Position numbers and translations under genes: made by a program. A stretch of 64,000 nucleotides of DNA from Eledone cirrhosa (taxonomy: Eukaryota), in assembly GCA_964016885.1 (NCBI GenBank), contig CAXHJY010001316.1, forward strand, positions 1-64,000, in the 5' to 3' direction. Positions 18,994-34,180 of this stretch are shown here, piece by piece. The notes beneath the pieces are model-generated. The model saw nothing but the letters and a program-made list of their open reading frames with translations. It did not search any database and was not told the DNA's origin. How positions within the stretch are numbered: the stretch's first letter is position 1; the number at the start of each line of letters is the position of its first letter.

Positions 18994-21900
18994 CTATACT
19001 ATGGCTACCCTAATGATACAAGCCTATAGAGTGAGGAACCCTATACTATGGCTACCCTAATGATACAAGTCTATAGAGTGAGGAACCCTATACTATGGCT
19101 ACCCTAATGATACAAGTCTATAGAGTGAGGGACCCTATACTATGGCTACCCTAATGATACAAGTCTATAGAGTGAGGGACCCTATACTATGGCTACCCTA
19201 ACGATACAAGTCTATAGAGTGAGGAACCCTATACTATGGCTACCCTAATGATACAAGTCTATAGAGTGAGGAACCCTATACTATGGCTACCCTAATGATA
19301 CAAGTCTATAGAGTGAGGAACCCTATACTATGGCTACCCTAATGATACAAGTCTATAGAGTGAGGAACCCTATACTATGGCTACCCTAATGATACAAGTC
19401 TATAGAGTGAGGGACCCTATACTATGGCTACCCTAATGATACAAGTCTATAGAGTGAGGGACCCTATACTATGGCTACCCTAATGATACAAGTCTATAGA
19501 GTGAGGGACCCTATACTATGGCTACCCTAATGATACAAGTCTATAGAGTGAGGGACCCTATACTATGGCTACCCTGATGATACAAGTCTATAGAGTGAGG
19601 AACCCTATACTATGGCTACCCTAATGATACAAGTCTATAGAGTGAGGAACCCTATACTATGGCTACCCTAATGATACAAGTCTATAGAGTGAGGAACCCT
19701 ATACTATGGCTACCCTAATGATACAAGTCTATAGAGTGAGGAACCCTATACTATGGCTACCCTAACGATACAAGTCTATAGAGTGAGGGACCCTATACTA
19801 TGGCTACCCTAATGATACAAGTCTATAGAGTGAGGGACCCTATACTATGGCTACCCTGATGATACAAGTCTATAGAGTGAGGAACCCTATACTATGGCCA
19901 CCCTAACGATACAAGTCTATAGAGTGAGGGACCCTATACTATGGCTACCCTAATGATACAAGCCTATAGAGTGAGGAACCCTATACTATGGCTACCCTAA
20001 TGATACAAGTCTATAGAGTGAGGAACCCTATACTATGGCTACCCTAACGATACAAGTCTATAGAGTGAGGGACCCTATACTATGGCTACCCTAATGATAC
20101 AAGTCTATAGAGTGAGGAACCCTATACTATGGCTACCCTAATGATACAAGCCTATAGAGTGAGGGACCCTATACTATGGCTACCCTAACGATACAAGTCT
20201 ATAGGGTGAGGGACCCTATACTATGGCTACCCTAATGATACAAGCCTATAGAGTGAGGAACCCTATACTATGGCTACCCTAATGATACAAGTCTATAGAG
20301 TGAGGAACCCTATACTATGGCTACCCTAACGATACAAGTCTATAGAGTGAGGGACCCTATACTATGGCTACCCTAATGATACAAGTCTATAGAGTGAGGA
20401 ACCCTATACTATGGCTACCCTAATGATACAAGCCTATAGAGTGAGGGACCCTATACTATGGCTACCCTAACGATACAAGTCTATAGAGTGAGGGACCCTA
20501 TACTATGGCTACCCTAATGACACAAGCCTATAGAGTGAGGAACCCTATACTATGGCTACCCTAATGATACAAGTCTATAGAGTGAGGAACCCTATACTAT
20601 GGCTACCCTAACGATACAAGTCTATAGAGTGAGGGACCCTATACTATGGCTACCCTAATGATACAAGTCTATAGAGTGAGGAACCCTATACTATGGCTAC
20701 CCTAATGATACAAGCCTATAGAGTGAGGGACCCTATACTATGGCTACCCTAATGATACAAGTCTATAGAGTGAGGGACCCTATACTATGGCTACCCTAAC
20801 GATACAAGTCTATAGAGTGAGGGAACCCTATACTATGGCTACCCTAACGATACAAGTCTATAGAGTGAGGAACCCTATACTATGGCTACCCTAATGATAC
20901 AAGCCTATAGAGTGAGGGACTCTATACTATGGCTACCCTGATGATACAAGTCTATAGAGTGAGGAACCCTATACTATGGCTACCCTAATGATACAAGTCT
21001 ATAGAGTGAGGAACCCTATACTATGGCTACCCTAATGATACAAGCCTATAGAGTGAGGGACTCTATACTATGGCTACCCTGATGATACAAGTCTATAGAG
21101 TGAGGAACCCTATACTATGGCTACCCTAATGATACAAGTCTATAGAGTGATACAAGCCTATAGAGTGAGGGACCCTATACTATGGCTACCCTAACGATAC
21201 AAGTCTATAGGGTGAGGGACCCTATACTATGGCTACCCTAATGATACAAGCCTATAGAGTGAGGAACCCTATACTATGGCTACCCTAATGATACAAGTCT
21301 ATAGAGTGAGGAACCCTATACTATGGCTACCCTAACGATACAAGTCTATAGAGTGAGGGACCCTATACTATGGCTACCCTAATGATACAAGTCTATAGAG
21401 TGAGGAACCCTATACTATGGCTACCCTAATGATACAAGCCTATAGAGTGAGGGACCCTATACTATGGCTACCCTAACGATACAAGTCTATAGAGTGAGGG
21501 ACCCTATACTATGGCTACCCTAATGATACAAGCCTATAGAGTGAGGAACCCTATACTATGGCTACCCTAATGATACAAGTCTATAGAGTGAGGAACCCTA
21601 TACTATGGCTACCCTAACGATACAAGTCTATAGAGTGAGGGACCCTATACTATGGCTACCCTAATGATACAAGTCTATAGAGTGAGGAACCCTATACTAT
21701 GGCTACCCTAATGATACAAGCCTATAGAGTGAGGGACCCTATACTATGGCTACCCTAATGATACAAGTCTATAGAGTGAGGGACCCTATACTATGGCTAC
21801 CCTAACGATACAAGTCTATAGAGTGAGGAACCCTATACTATGGCTACCCTAACGATACAAGTCTATAGAGTGAGGAACCCTATACTATGGCTACCCTAAT

Positions 21901-22682
21901 GATACAAGCCTATAGAGTGAGGGACTCTATACTATGGCTACCCTGATGATACAAGTCTATAGAGTGAGGAACCCTATACTATGGCTACCCTAATGATACA
22001 AGTCTATAGAGTGAGGAACCCTATACTATGGCTACCCTAATGATACAAGCCTATAGAGTGAGGGACTCTATACTATGGCTACCCTGATGATACAAGTCTA
22101 TAGAGTGAGGAACCCTATACTATGGCTACCCTAATGATACAAGTCTATAGAGTGAGGAACCCTATACTATGGCTACCCTAATGATACAAGCCTATAGAGT
22201 GAGGGACTCTATACTATGGCTACCCTAATGATACAAGTCTATAGAGTGAGGAACCCTATACTATGGCTACCCTAACGATACAAGTCTATAGAGTGAGGGA
22301 CCCTATACTATGGCTACCCTAATGATACAAGCCTATAGAGTGAGGAACCCTATACTATGGGTACCCTAATGATACAAGTCTATAGAGTGAGGAACGCTAT
22401 ACTATGGCTACCCTAATGATACAAGCCTATAGAGTGAGGGACCCTATACTATGGCTACCCTAATGATACAAGCCTATAGAGTGAGGGACTCTATACTATG
22501 GCTACCCTGATGATACAAGTCTATAGAGTGAGGAACCCTATACTATGGCTACCCTAATGATACAAGTCTATAGAGTGAGGAACCCTATACTATCGCTACC
22601 CTGATGATACAAGTCTATAGAGTAAGGGACTTTATACTATGGCTACCCTAATGATAGAAGCCTGGATTGTGAGGGACCTATA
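18994..22682. repeat. 47-bp tandem satellite, about 78 units
   Basis: Unit CTATACTATGGCTACCCTAATGATACAAGTCTATAGAGTGAGG(A/G)ACC; period checked 19041->19088. Confidence 0.98.
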
Positions 22683-22924
22683 CCATAAAAATTAAAGAAT
22701 TCGTATAAATCACGCTATATGGAATAATAACATGACTTCGAGATGTTTCTCATATATATATATATATATTCCGTTTACCAATATATATATATATATATGT
22801 AGGAGGTGAGTTTTATTGTAGTACAATAAAGCAATGCAGATATCGGATAAGAAGCACTCTACAGTTTGTAGGACTGGAGTATACATAATATATAAGATAA
22901 AAAGATGGTTAAAGAAGTTCCATG

Positions 22925-22995
22925 TATTTTATTATGCGCATTTCAAAAACAAACATCATCATGCAATAATATTTATGTTTTCATCAGATAAAACA
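22925..22995 (-). ncRNA. Minimal type I hammerhead ribozyme, family C (left arm of hairpin)
   Basis: Near-exact reverse complement of 23141-23211. Confidence 0.75.
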
Positions 22996-23140
22996 GGAGA
23001 ACATGATATGAAGGCTAAAAAACACTTGTAGATAGTGCAGTTTTAAATCAACATATGTTGATGTGTTATATATATGTTGATATGTTGATTTAAAACTGCA
23101 CTATCCACAAGTGTTTTTTAGCCTTCATATCATGTTCTCC

Positions 23141-23211
23141 TGTTTTATCTGATGAAAACACAAATATTATTGCATGATGATGTTTGTTTTTGAAATGCGC
23201 ATAATAAAATA
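23141..23211 (+). ncRNA. Minimal type I hammerhead ribozyme, family C (right arm)
   Basis: TGTTTTAT-CTGATGA-AAACACAAATATTATTGCATGATGATGTTTGTTTTT-GAAA-TGCGCA-TA-ATAAAATA. Confidence 0.78.
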
Positions 23212-23381
23212 CATGGAACTCCTTTAACCATCTTTTGATCTTATATATTATATATATATATATATACCTATATATATATATATATACTATATATATATAT
23301 ATATATATTTACAGTTCACAAAGATTAGAAATTACTAGGTTTAATAAAAAAGTCAAGGGGTTGGCTTGCACAAAGTATTGC

Positions 23382-23499
23382 GGCTGTCTGTATGTTGGGC
23401 TGCCCTAGTTCCAGTTCCGGGGCTGTCTGTATGTTGGGCTGCCCTAGTTCCAGTTCCGGGGCTGTCTGTATGTTGGGCTGCCCTAGTTCCAGTTCCGGG
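23382..23499. repeat. 39-bp minisatellite, 3 copies
   Basis: GGCTGTCTGTATGTTGGGCTGCCCTAGTTCCAGTTCCGG repeated three times. Confidence 0.92.
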
Positions 23500-23594
23500 C
23501 AGCGTTATTATGTTTTATTTTCAACATTGTCACATTTGAGTTGGGGTTTATATTGTAGCAACACTAACATCGTTTGTTGTGAGCTGTACATGTG

Positions 23595-23668
<74 letters not shown>

Positions 23669-23758
23669 AGCCTTAAGCGATACTCCGATGTATATATACT
23701 ATGATTAGATCTTGTGATCTTGGTAGTTTTCAAGGGAAGCAGAATCCAATATTAATAA

Positions 23759-23808
<50 letters not shown>

Positions 23809-25199
23809 GTGTGTGTGTATGTGTGTATATGTATGTGTATGTATGTATGTGTGTGTATGTGGGTATGTGTGTGTATGTATGTGTGTGTGTATGTGTGTAT
23901 GTGTGTGTATGTATGTGTGTGTGTATGTGTGTATGTGTGTATGTGTGTGCGTATATGTATGTGTGTATGTATGTGTGTATGTGTGTATATGTATGTATGT
24001 ATGTGTGTGTATGTGTGTGTATGTGTGTGTATGTGTGTGCGTATGTGTGTGTGTGTATGTGTGTGTATACCTTGAATGCTGTGTAATTAAACTACGATTG
24101 GTGAAGTGGAAATATTTGGCTACCAATTTCTTCTACAATAGAACACTAATTAGATGTTCAAGTGACTGCAGTTGTAAAAGAATATTACGCTCTATTAAAA
24201 CATTTGTCACATATCACTGCACCTAAATACTCTTATTGTCGTTCTTGTAGTTGTCAATATCGTTATTATTATTAGTTGCAATAGAAGTAGCCATGTTTTT
24301 TATCGTGTGTTGTCCCTGCATTAGCGAGCACTACCAAGTGTGCCTTGAGTATGTGCAGTGTTGCTTATGATATTAATGATATAATGTGCGCAGCCCCTTT
24401 ACCACTGCACCCTAGGCCCAGATCCCAATAATTCTCTATCACCACATTCTTCTGTGACATTAGAGTCCTTGCCATTCTCTCCCTTTTCCGTTTTTTTTTC
24501 TCTTTTTTCTTTATATTTTCCTATTTTAAATATGTTAAGTATTTGTGCAATATTTCGTAGTTGTGTTATTTTCTGCATATCGTATATATTTGTAAGTATT
24601 GGCGTTCTGGTTATCTCTATATCTGTCTGGGTTTTAGTATTCCCAGTGGACCTTACAATTGTACGGATCATTTCATCATCTCCATTTCGGCAATGGTAAG
24701 TTTATCTGGACAGTCAAAGGGTCCAGAGAAGGAAGTAAAGTGGGTGGTTAGTGGGTAGAAGTAGAGAGGGAGGAGTTTGTGTATAATGGTCATAGGAATA
24801 GCGGGTGGTGGGGGTGAGGGCTTACAGGCTAAAGGAGTATTTTAAGAAAAAAATAAAATTTAAAAAAAATGGATTATATGGAAGTAAATTAGTAAATAAG
24901 ATAAAATAAGTAAAACATAAGGGTTTTAAAATAGGTAAAGTGGATATGGGTTGGTAACAAGTGAAAAAGTGTATGTATTATGTGTGGGCATATTGCGTAC
25001 ACACACGGTGGATAGACGAGGGGGTAAAGTATGCACACACAAGCACATTCATACACACATATACATACCCAAGTGCAGATTCACACATACATATACACAT
25101 ACACGTACACATACATACATACACACATACATACATAATACATACATACATACATACATACACACATACATGCACACATACATGCACACATACATACAA

Positions 25200-25940
25200 A
25201 GATGTCATCACGGTACTATCTACCTATGAGGCATGATGTAGTGGCCAAAACACTGTACAATACAGTTCGTAAAAAAGATAACACCGATAATAAAGACATT
25301 AAAAGCTACAGCAAAGTGGAAGACATCCATGTACATAATATAAAAGAGTACTGGTGGAATGTTCTAGTAAAAACCCCAATAAAATGCAGGCATAACAGAC
25401 CAGATATTATGATATGGGACATGGAGAAGAAGGCATGCACAGTAGTGGAGGTTAGATGTCCAGCAGATGCCAATATAATATAAAAGATTAGTGAAAAGGA
25501 GAATATTTATGCAGAACTGATGAGAAATCTGCAGATACTCCACCCTGATTACACTTTCAGATTTATGCCTGTGATTATTGGGACACTGGGGTATGTTAGT
25601 AACTGCCTCAATGCAAATCTTGAGAAGCTAGGATTCACAGGAACAGAAAGAACACAACTAGTTAGAAAATTACAAGTACAATCCATTAATGGAACAGTAA
25701 AAATATGTAAAACATTCCAAAAATTTTGCATCTAATAACTGCATATACACATCTACAGATACAAAGCATATACACATGCACACATACAACTCAAAACATA
25801 CACATCCACACATACAATAACATTCATATCTACACATGCATATCTACCTAGTTGTGTAAATTCCAATGAGAGAGTCTTGTGTCTATATTAGAAACCGACT
25901 CTCTCAAATTTTGTGAAATTATAAAACCAGAAGAAGATAC
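25200..25940 (+). mobile_element. RLE-type LINE 3' fragment with premature stop
   Basis: YYLPMRHDVVAK..YWWNVLVKTPIKCRHNRPDIMIWD..VVEVRCPAD; after the stop, EKENIYAELMRNL..MPVIIGTLG. Confidence 0.85.
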
Positions 25941-26307
25941 ACACATACATACACACATACATACACACACACACACACACACATACATACACACACATAC
26001 ATACATACACATTTACAAACCATGCATATATGCAGACACATACATACGCAGCATGACTTGGCACGGGTAACGACTCCGGAGCCATTCCTTGTTATAGACC
26101 TTCCAAGAAGAGATTTTATCTCGAAATATCAGGACTGATAAAAAAATAAGGTAAAACAAAACATCTTGTTTCGTCTTATTTTCTTCTTCTCCCATTTCCC
26201 ATCGTCGAGGCCTTCAATCTCCACATTTTCTATACCAATGCTTCAAGCAAACTACAACTTTCTTTTTATATATATATATACAGCATTATCAATAAAGCTA
26301 CTTCGCA

Positions 26308-26421
<114 letters not shown>

Positions 26422-26587
26422 GGAGAGAGAGAGAGAGAGAATGAGAAAATGCGAAGTAGCTTTATTGATAATACTGTGATACATATTTCACAAAGGAACG
26501 GCTGAGGGATTCAAGAACACACGCTTTGTCCGTTCCCTTGTCGTTTCTGTTTGGATTGCCTCGGCAACTAACCTTATTATATAAGAA

Positions 26588-26662
26588 GCTGTCTGATGAG
26601 GTCACGGCACTGGGTACACAGAATCGCGTGGCAACTGTTGTCATTGAAATATGTATCACAGT
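26588..26662 (+). ncRNA. Type I hammerhead ribozyme, family D (46-nt stem II region)
   Basis: GCTGT-CTGATGA-(46 nt)-GAAA-TATGTA-TC-ACAGT. Confidence 0.62.
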
Positions 26663-26787
26663 ATTATCAATAAAGGACTTTAACATCTGAAACTACTTCG
26701 CATTTTCTAATTCTATACATACTCCGTTTTCTTATGTGGAAAAAGTACGTTGAGTGCTTGAATTGAATTACATCAATATTTACCGTA

Positions 26788-28986
26788 ATACATATACATA
26801 TATACACACATATATACATATACATACACATATATACATACACATATACATATATATATATACATACATATACATATACATACATATACATATATATATA
26901 CATACATATACATATACATACATATACATATATACATACACATATATACATACACATATATATATACATACATACACATATATACATACATACATACATA
27001 AACACATATATATATACATACATAAACACATATACACATATATATACACATATACATATACACATATATACACACATATATACACATATATATACACATA
27101 TATATATACATATATATATATACACATATATATATACACATATATATATATACACATATATATATATACACATATATATATATACACATATATATATATA
27201 CACATATATATATACACATATATATATATACACATATATATATATACACATATATATACATATATATATACATATATATATACATATACATATACATATA
27301 TACATATACATATATACATATATACATATACATATATATATACATATACATATATATATACATATATATATATATACATATACATATACACAAATATATA
27401 TACATATATATATACATATATATATACATATATATATATACATATATATATACATATATATATACATATATATATACATATATATATACATATATATATA
27501 CATATATATATACATATATATATATACATACATATATACATACATATATACATATATATATACATACATATATACATACATATATACATATATATATACA
27601 TACATATATACATACACATATACATATATATATATTCATATATTAGTTTTGCGAGGTATTTTATCTGAAATCGTGTGTCGAAACAAATATTGTTATACTT
27701 GGGGAGGGTCATATTTGTGTAATATTGCCAGAATTAATAACAGAACACACTCACACACATATATATATATACATATATACACATATACATATATACACAT
27801 ATATATATACACATATATATATACACATATATATATACACATATATATATACATATATATATCCATATATATATATACATATATATATCCATATATATAT
27901 ATACATATATATATACATATATATATATACATATATATATATACATATATATATATACATATATATATATACATATATATATACATATATATATATACAT
28001 ATATACATATATATATATACATATATACATATATATATATACATATATATATATACATATATATATATACATATATATATACATATATATATACATATAT
28101 ATATATACATATATATATATACATATATATATACATATATATATACATATATATATACATATATATATACATATATATATATACATATATATATACATAT
28201 ATATATACATATATATATATACATATATATATACATATATATATACATATATATATACATATATATATACACATATATATACACATATATATACATATAC
28301 ATACATATACATATACATATATACATATATATATACATATATATATATATACATATACATATATATATATACATATATATATACATATATACATATATAT
28401 ATACATATATATATATATACATATATACATATATATATATATACATATATATATACATATATATATATACATATATATATATACATATATATATATACAT
28501 ATATATATATACATATATATATACATATATATATATATACATATATACATATATATATATATACATATATACATATATATATATATACATATATATATAT
28601 ACACATATATATATATACACATATACATATATATACATATATATATACATATACATATATATACATATATATATACATATACATATATATACATATATAT
28701 ATACATATACATATATATACATATATATATACATATACATATATATACATATATATATACATATACATATATATACATATATATATACATATATATACAT
28801 ACATACATACATATACATATATACATACATATACATACATATACATATATATACATACATATACATATATACATACATATATATACATACATACATACAT
28901 ATATATATATACATATATATATACATATATACATACGTATATATATACATATATATATACATACATACATACATATATATATATAC

Positions 28987-29030
<44 letters not shown>

Positions 29031-29046
29031 AATATATATATATATA
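26788..29046. repeat. (TACATA/TA)n compound microsatellites with a ~110-bp repeat island at 27640-27755
   Basis: Direct reading. Confidence 0.95.
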
Positions 29047-29120
29047 TATTTTTTTCTGGATAAACTTGAACCGTTAATACCTTCTTCCTGGATATGTCAA
29101 TATTTATAAAACAAACTTTG

Positions 29121-29181
29121 TATTTTATCTGATGAGAGCGTACCAAAGTTTTGGTACCCTTGAAATATATATTATAGAATA
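29121..29181 (+). ncRNA. Minimal type I hammerhead ribozyme, family A, inside a ~250-bp pLTR-like cassette (29070-29318)
   Basis: Same core as 15554-15614; flanks match 15500-15750. Confidence 0.75.
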
Positions 29182-29313
29182 AATATGTTTTATAAATATA
29201 GTTTCCATTTATTAATATCATTGATATTATACTCCAGAAATCTGTCGAGTGCTTCGAATCAGTTATAAATATATATATTTGTTGAATTACCAACAAATTA
29301 AATATCCCTTTCG

Positions 29314-29359
<46 letters not shown>

Positions 29360-30006
29360 TAAAATTAGTCCTTCATCAGTGATCTTCCAACCTTCATTGG
29401 TATTTCATCGCCTATACACACGCATGCATATATATATATATATATATGCGTGTGTATAAGTGTACATACACCACCTCATCTTCCTGTCTGCCCCGCGGCC
29501 TCACTATAACCCCTCCGCCCACACTATCTTTCTGTAATATTTAGGTGTTAATTATAGTCGGACACAGAATTAGTACTGGGTGAGTATTATACAAAAAAAA
29601 TCATCAGATATCAAACCACACACTATCTTTTATTAATATTATCATTATTATTATTATTATATATAAATAATTATATATATATATATATATATACACTTCG
29701 TTTTTGAATTTGCTTTGTAAGATTTCTTATCTGAAAACGTGTGTTGAAACAGATATTGTTATACTTTGGGAGGCTCATGCTGCCAATAAAAACACACGCA
29801 CCAAAATGATGTAGGACAGAACAAAGGGGAGACAAAAATAAGATACTGAGGAGGTGACAGAATGTGTGACGAAAGAACTTTGACAATATATATATAACCA
29901 TCCGGTTATCGAACCAACCAGCCAACGGGAAATTTATAATAAATTGAAGTGAAAAACAGCAGGTGCATGTGTTTTTATTGGCAGCATGACCCTCCCAAAG
30001 TATAAC

Positions 30007-30050
<44 letters not shown>

Positions 30051-30355
30051 TATATATGATACTGGAATGTAATTAGTCGGCAGTGATATATAATTGTTAC
30101 TGGTGAATTGCACTGTGGTGGTGAGTAGTGTTAATATTAACACGAGTGACATTGTGGTGCTTTTCACACCGATTAGTGAAGCTATAGTGTCTGGACCTTG
30201 AACAAGTTACTCACCTCTGGTGAATCGTTTGGAAGCTGAAATAATATAAATCATATCAAATCATATACACACCTCATTTAATATTGTCATCTCTATATAC
30301 ACCCCAAATGTTATCATAAATCATTTTATACTATACATGTTGTGTGTGTACTTGC

Positions 30356-30410
<55 letters not shown>

Positions 30411-31114
30411 TGTGTGTGTGTGTCTGTGTGTGTGTGTGTATGTGTGTATGTCTGTATGTATGTGTGTGTGTCTGCGTGTGTCTGCGTGTGTCTGCGTGTG
30501 TCTGTGTGTGTGTGTGTGTGTGTGTGTCTGTGTGTGTGTCTGTGTGTGTCTGTGTATGTCTGTATGTGTGTGTGTGTGTGTGTGTCTGTCTGGGTGTGTG
30601 TCTGTGTCTGAGTGTCTGTGTGTTTATTCGTGTGGCATTAGATGTTATATGTGTGTAGAAGCCTGTATACTTCCTCTTTTGCGTGAGTGTATGTGCTGTG
30701 TGTGTCAATATGTGTGTGTGTGTGTGTGTGTATGCTTATGTTTGTGTCTAATTTGATAGAGAGTATTTCTAAGATGTGTGTGGGTATGTGTGGTGGTGTG
30801 TATGTGGTGGTGTGTATGTTGGTATGTATGTGCTGGTGTGTATGTGGTGGTGAGTGTGGTGGTGTGTATGTTGGTGTGTGTGTGTGTGCTAGTGTGTATG
30901 TTGGTGTGTGTATAAGAGCACATATGTATGTTCATATATAGTTATGTATATGTGTCTAAGTTGCGATGATACAGATAATGCCTGAGTAATTTGTAGGCGT
31001 TTTCAGGAGAGCTTTACTTGATATAATTATTATTATAGTTATTTGCATTGGAGCTATTATATGTTCAATTGTTGAAATTTACTAATGCTTTGCACGTCAA
31101 CTACTAATCTTGTG

Positions 31115-31199
<85 letters not shown>

Positions 31200-31451
31200 T
31201 CAATAGTGGCTCTCTATTTTGTTTAGGGAAATGTACGCCAAGATAGATTGTAACTTTTAAGACATCCTGTATATATAATTTCATCTCTATGTAAATATAT
31301 ATTTTCCTTCGCTGTGACCCGTCTATTTCATTCTTACTGCTTCCTCTTTCTCTGTATCTTTCACCTCCCTTTACCCTCTCTAACAGTCACTCTCTCTGTT
31401 AGCCTCTTCCTCACCCTTCACTCACTCACTCTCTGCTACTCCCTCTCCTAC

Positions 31452-31712
31452 TTCCTCCCGTTTGACCTGTGCGTAATTCTTTTCTCGCGCACACTTGACC
31501 AGGTTGGTTGTTCCTTTTTCTCTCTCTTGTCTACGATTTCACAGAACTTATGTTCACCGAATTCAGGGACTAGACTCCTTCTTCCTCCCGTTTGACCTGT
31601 GCGGAATTCTTTCCTTGCTCACATTTCGACTAGGTTTGGTCTTTATTCTCTCTCGTCCACGATTTCACAGAACTTATATTCATAGAATTCTGAGACTTGA
31701 CTCCTTCTTCCT
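31452..31712. repeat. Diverged tandem duplication, ~129-bp period
   Basis: CTTCCTCCCGTTTGACCTGTGCG..CGATTTCACAGAACTTAT..GACTCCTTCTTCCTC occurs twice. Confidence 0.75.
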
Positions 31713-32010
31713 CACTTTTCGTTGCATTACCATATTTGATTGTTTACAGTCTCGCTCGTTCCCCTTATTTACGTGTCCCAACGACTTTCTTTAGCCGTTG
31801 CTCGCACCAACCGGAAGTATATGGTCTTTAAAGCGATGAAATACCAATGAAGGTTGGAAGATCACTGATATATATATATATATGTGCATATATATATATA
31901 TGTGCATATATATATATTACCAAAATATATAATTATATAATTACATAAATAAATATAATTATTTCACTCTCTTTACACCATCACTAATTAGATCCATACA
32001 ATTATATATT

Positions 32011-32200
32011 AATAATTGTTTCTACTTTTTGGCACAAGGCCAGCAAATTACCCAGTACATTACTGGTACTTTATTTTTATCGACCCCGTAAGGATGAAAG
32101 GCAAAGTTAACCTCGGCGGGATTTGAACTCAGAATGGCAAGGGCCGTAACTCTTTGCGTCAAAGCATGGCGTCCGACCCTCTACCGATACTGCCAATCCA
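32011..32200 (-). mobile_element. S1 SINE, full length, with imperfect TSD
   Basis: Complete S1; ATTATATATT(A/T)ATAAT on both sides. Confidence 0.88.
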
Positions 32201-32499
32201 CATTATATATTTATAATAATAGTCTATTTCTAACATTAATATGCTTTTTCTTATATTCCTTCCTTAAATTTTCCTATACTCTAATATTAATATTAACCTC
32301 TCTCTCTTCTTCCCTTAAAAAATAACACTAATAATTATTTAAATTTACCTAGCGTCTAAATGTAACGATCATTTTCAACTTTACGTTATCCTCATTAACA
32401 TATTCATCCTAAGATTTGAATTTCTTTCACTATTCAAACAGAACTTAAAACGATAAGTTCTTGTTTTTGGATATGTCACTATCTATAAAACAACGTTTG

Positions 32500-32560
32500 T
32501 ATTTTATCTGATGAGGGCGTACCAAAATTTTGGTATCCTTGAAATATATATAATAAAATA
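32500..32560 (+). ncRNA. Minimal type I hammerhead ribozyme, family A (best-formed copy)
   Basis: TATTTTAT-CTGATGA-GGGCGTACCAAAATTTTGGTATCCTT-GAAA-TATATA-TA-ATAAAATA; perfect 8-bp stem I. Confidence 0.82.
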
Positions 32561-32601
32561 AATATGGTTTTATAAAGATAGTTTCCATTTATTAATATTA
32601 T

Positions 32602-32648
<47 letters not shown>

Positions 32649-33084
32649 CATATACATATACATATACATATATATATATATATATATAGGAAAAAGAATG
32701 ACCCCGACGGCAGAGCTCAAGCCGTTTCGACGGCTAATTCTTGTGTATGTGTACACAGCTCTAGCTTCTCTAAGCAGTTTCTAATAAACAGATGTTAGAG
32801 ATACAATAAAAATAAGGTGACTATGAAATGAAAGGCAGGTTAATTTCTTGTATTGTTACCTCAAGATTAGATTTCACTATAAATATCAATGGCTCAAACT
32901 ACACAAACATATTTAGTTCTTCTTTTCCAGCTTCGGATGTCCTCTGTAATCTGGTGTTCTTCCGAAATTTTTACAAATGTTTATACAAATACGCCAGTCC
33001 TTTCAAATATATATATGACATAAACCTAAACATCGAGTCCTCACTTGGGTGAACTTACAGTAACTTCTTCGCGTTACACTCCCT

Positions 33085-33122
<38 letters not shown>

Positions 33123-33454
33123 CTTCTATAATTTTCGGCGAAGACAGGGTAGTGCGTGGCTCTAATGAACGTCAACCAGCGTGAAACAGCCTGTCTGCTG
33201 CTCTCCCTTCTTTCGCCGAAAAGAAGTAAGTGACACAGTAACTACTTTAAAATGATAGCGCCAGGTCTTCTAAATGTTTTTAATTAAACATACTGTATAT
33301 TGCCAAATATACTATACATGCATTCATGTATACATCGCTATTTCAAAGCCCCAATCTTAGTACCATCTTTTTGCTGGACCGGCAATCATCTACTGATTAT
33401 TACTGGAATTCTATAAGAATCTAGCTTCTATAATTTTCGGTGAATGCACGGGAG

Positions 33455-33544
<90 letters not shown>

Positions 33545-33844
33545 AGGTTATGTGTGAGCGAGTTCGTGCTTGTGGAGAAGTGTATGTTTATTCCCGTATA
33601 GGTGTGTGTTTGTACAGCCGTGTAAACATCCCTGGAATATTATGGATGTAATTATAATTTGCTTACCTTAGCACTGTTCCTGACAAACGCAAGAAATGTG
33701 TAGAAAGGAGTCCGCTCGTAGTCCAATGGCTGTCGCAGACGGATGCTGCCGCTGAAATAGAACAAAACAGACATTATTACTATATATATATATATATTGT
33801 AATAATAAATGTGAAGACTAAAATCCGAAGAGGGCTCGATACGG

Positions 33845-33886
<42 letters not shown>

Positions 33887-34144
33887 AACGAGTAGGACCC
33901 CGACGGCTGAGCTCAAGCCGTTTCGACGGCTAATTAAGTATTGAGTACTTTGGTGCGTTATGGTCCACCTGGTTCCTTACCACATTTCCTTCGTTATATA
34001 TATATATATATATATATATACAAACACGTACAGCAAATATTTATTATATGAACAAATTAAAGTTTAAGCAAAGAATCGTTGCTTTCGTCCTTAAGGAGGA
34101 AAGCAGTAATTATTTGCTTAAAATGTTCTTATAATATATATATA

Positions 34145-34180
<36 letters not shown>

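Noticed and set aside
18994-22682. CRISPR array, telomere, T7-promoter-like or hammerhead interpretation of the 47-bp repeat
   Set aside because: No unique spacers or cas genes; only one CCCTAA per unit; CTATAGAGTGAG is not the T7 sequence; minority units have CTGATGA but lack GAAA and stem I pairing
24268-24420. Possible fourth RLE LINE tail on the minus strand (LGAVVKG..TAHILK)
   Set aside because: Too short and decayed to support as a feature
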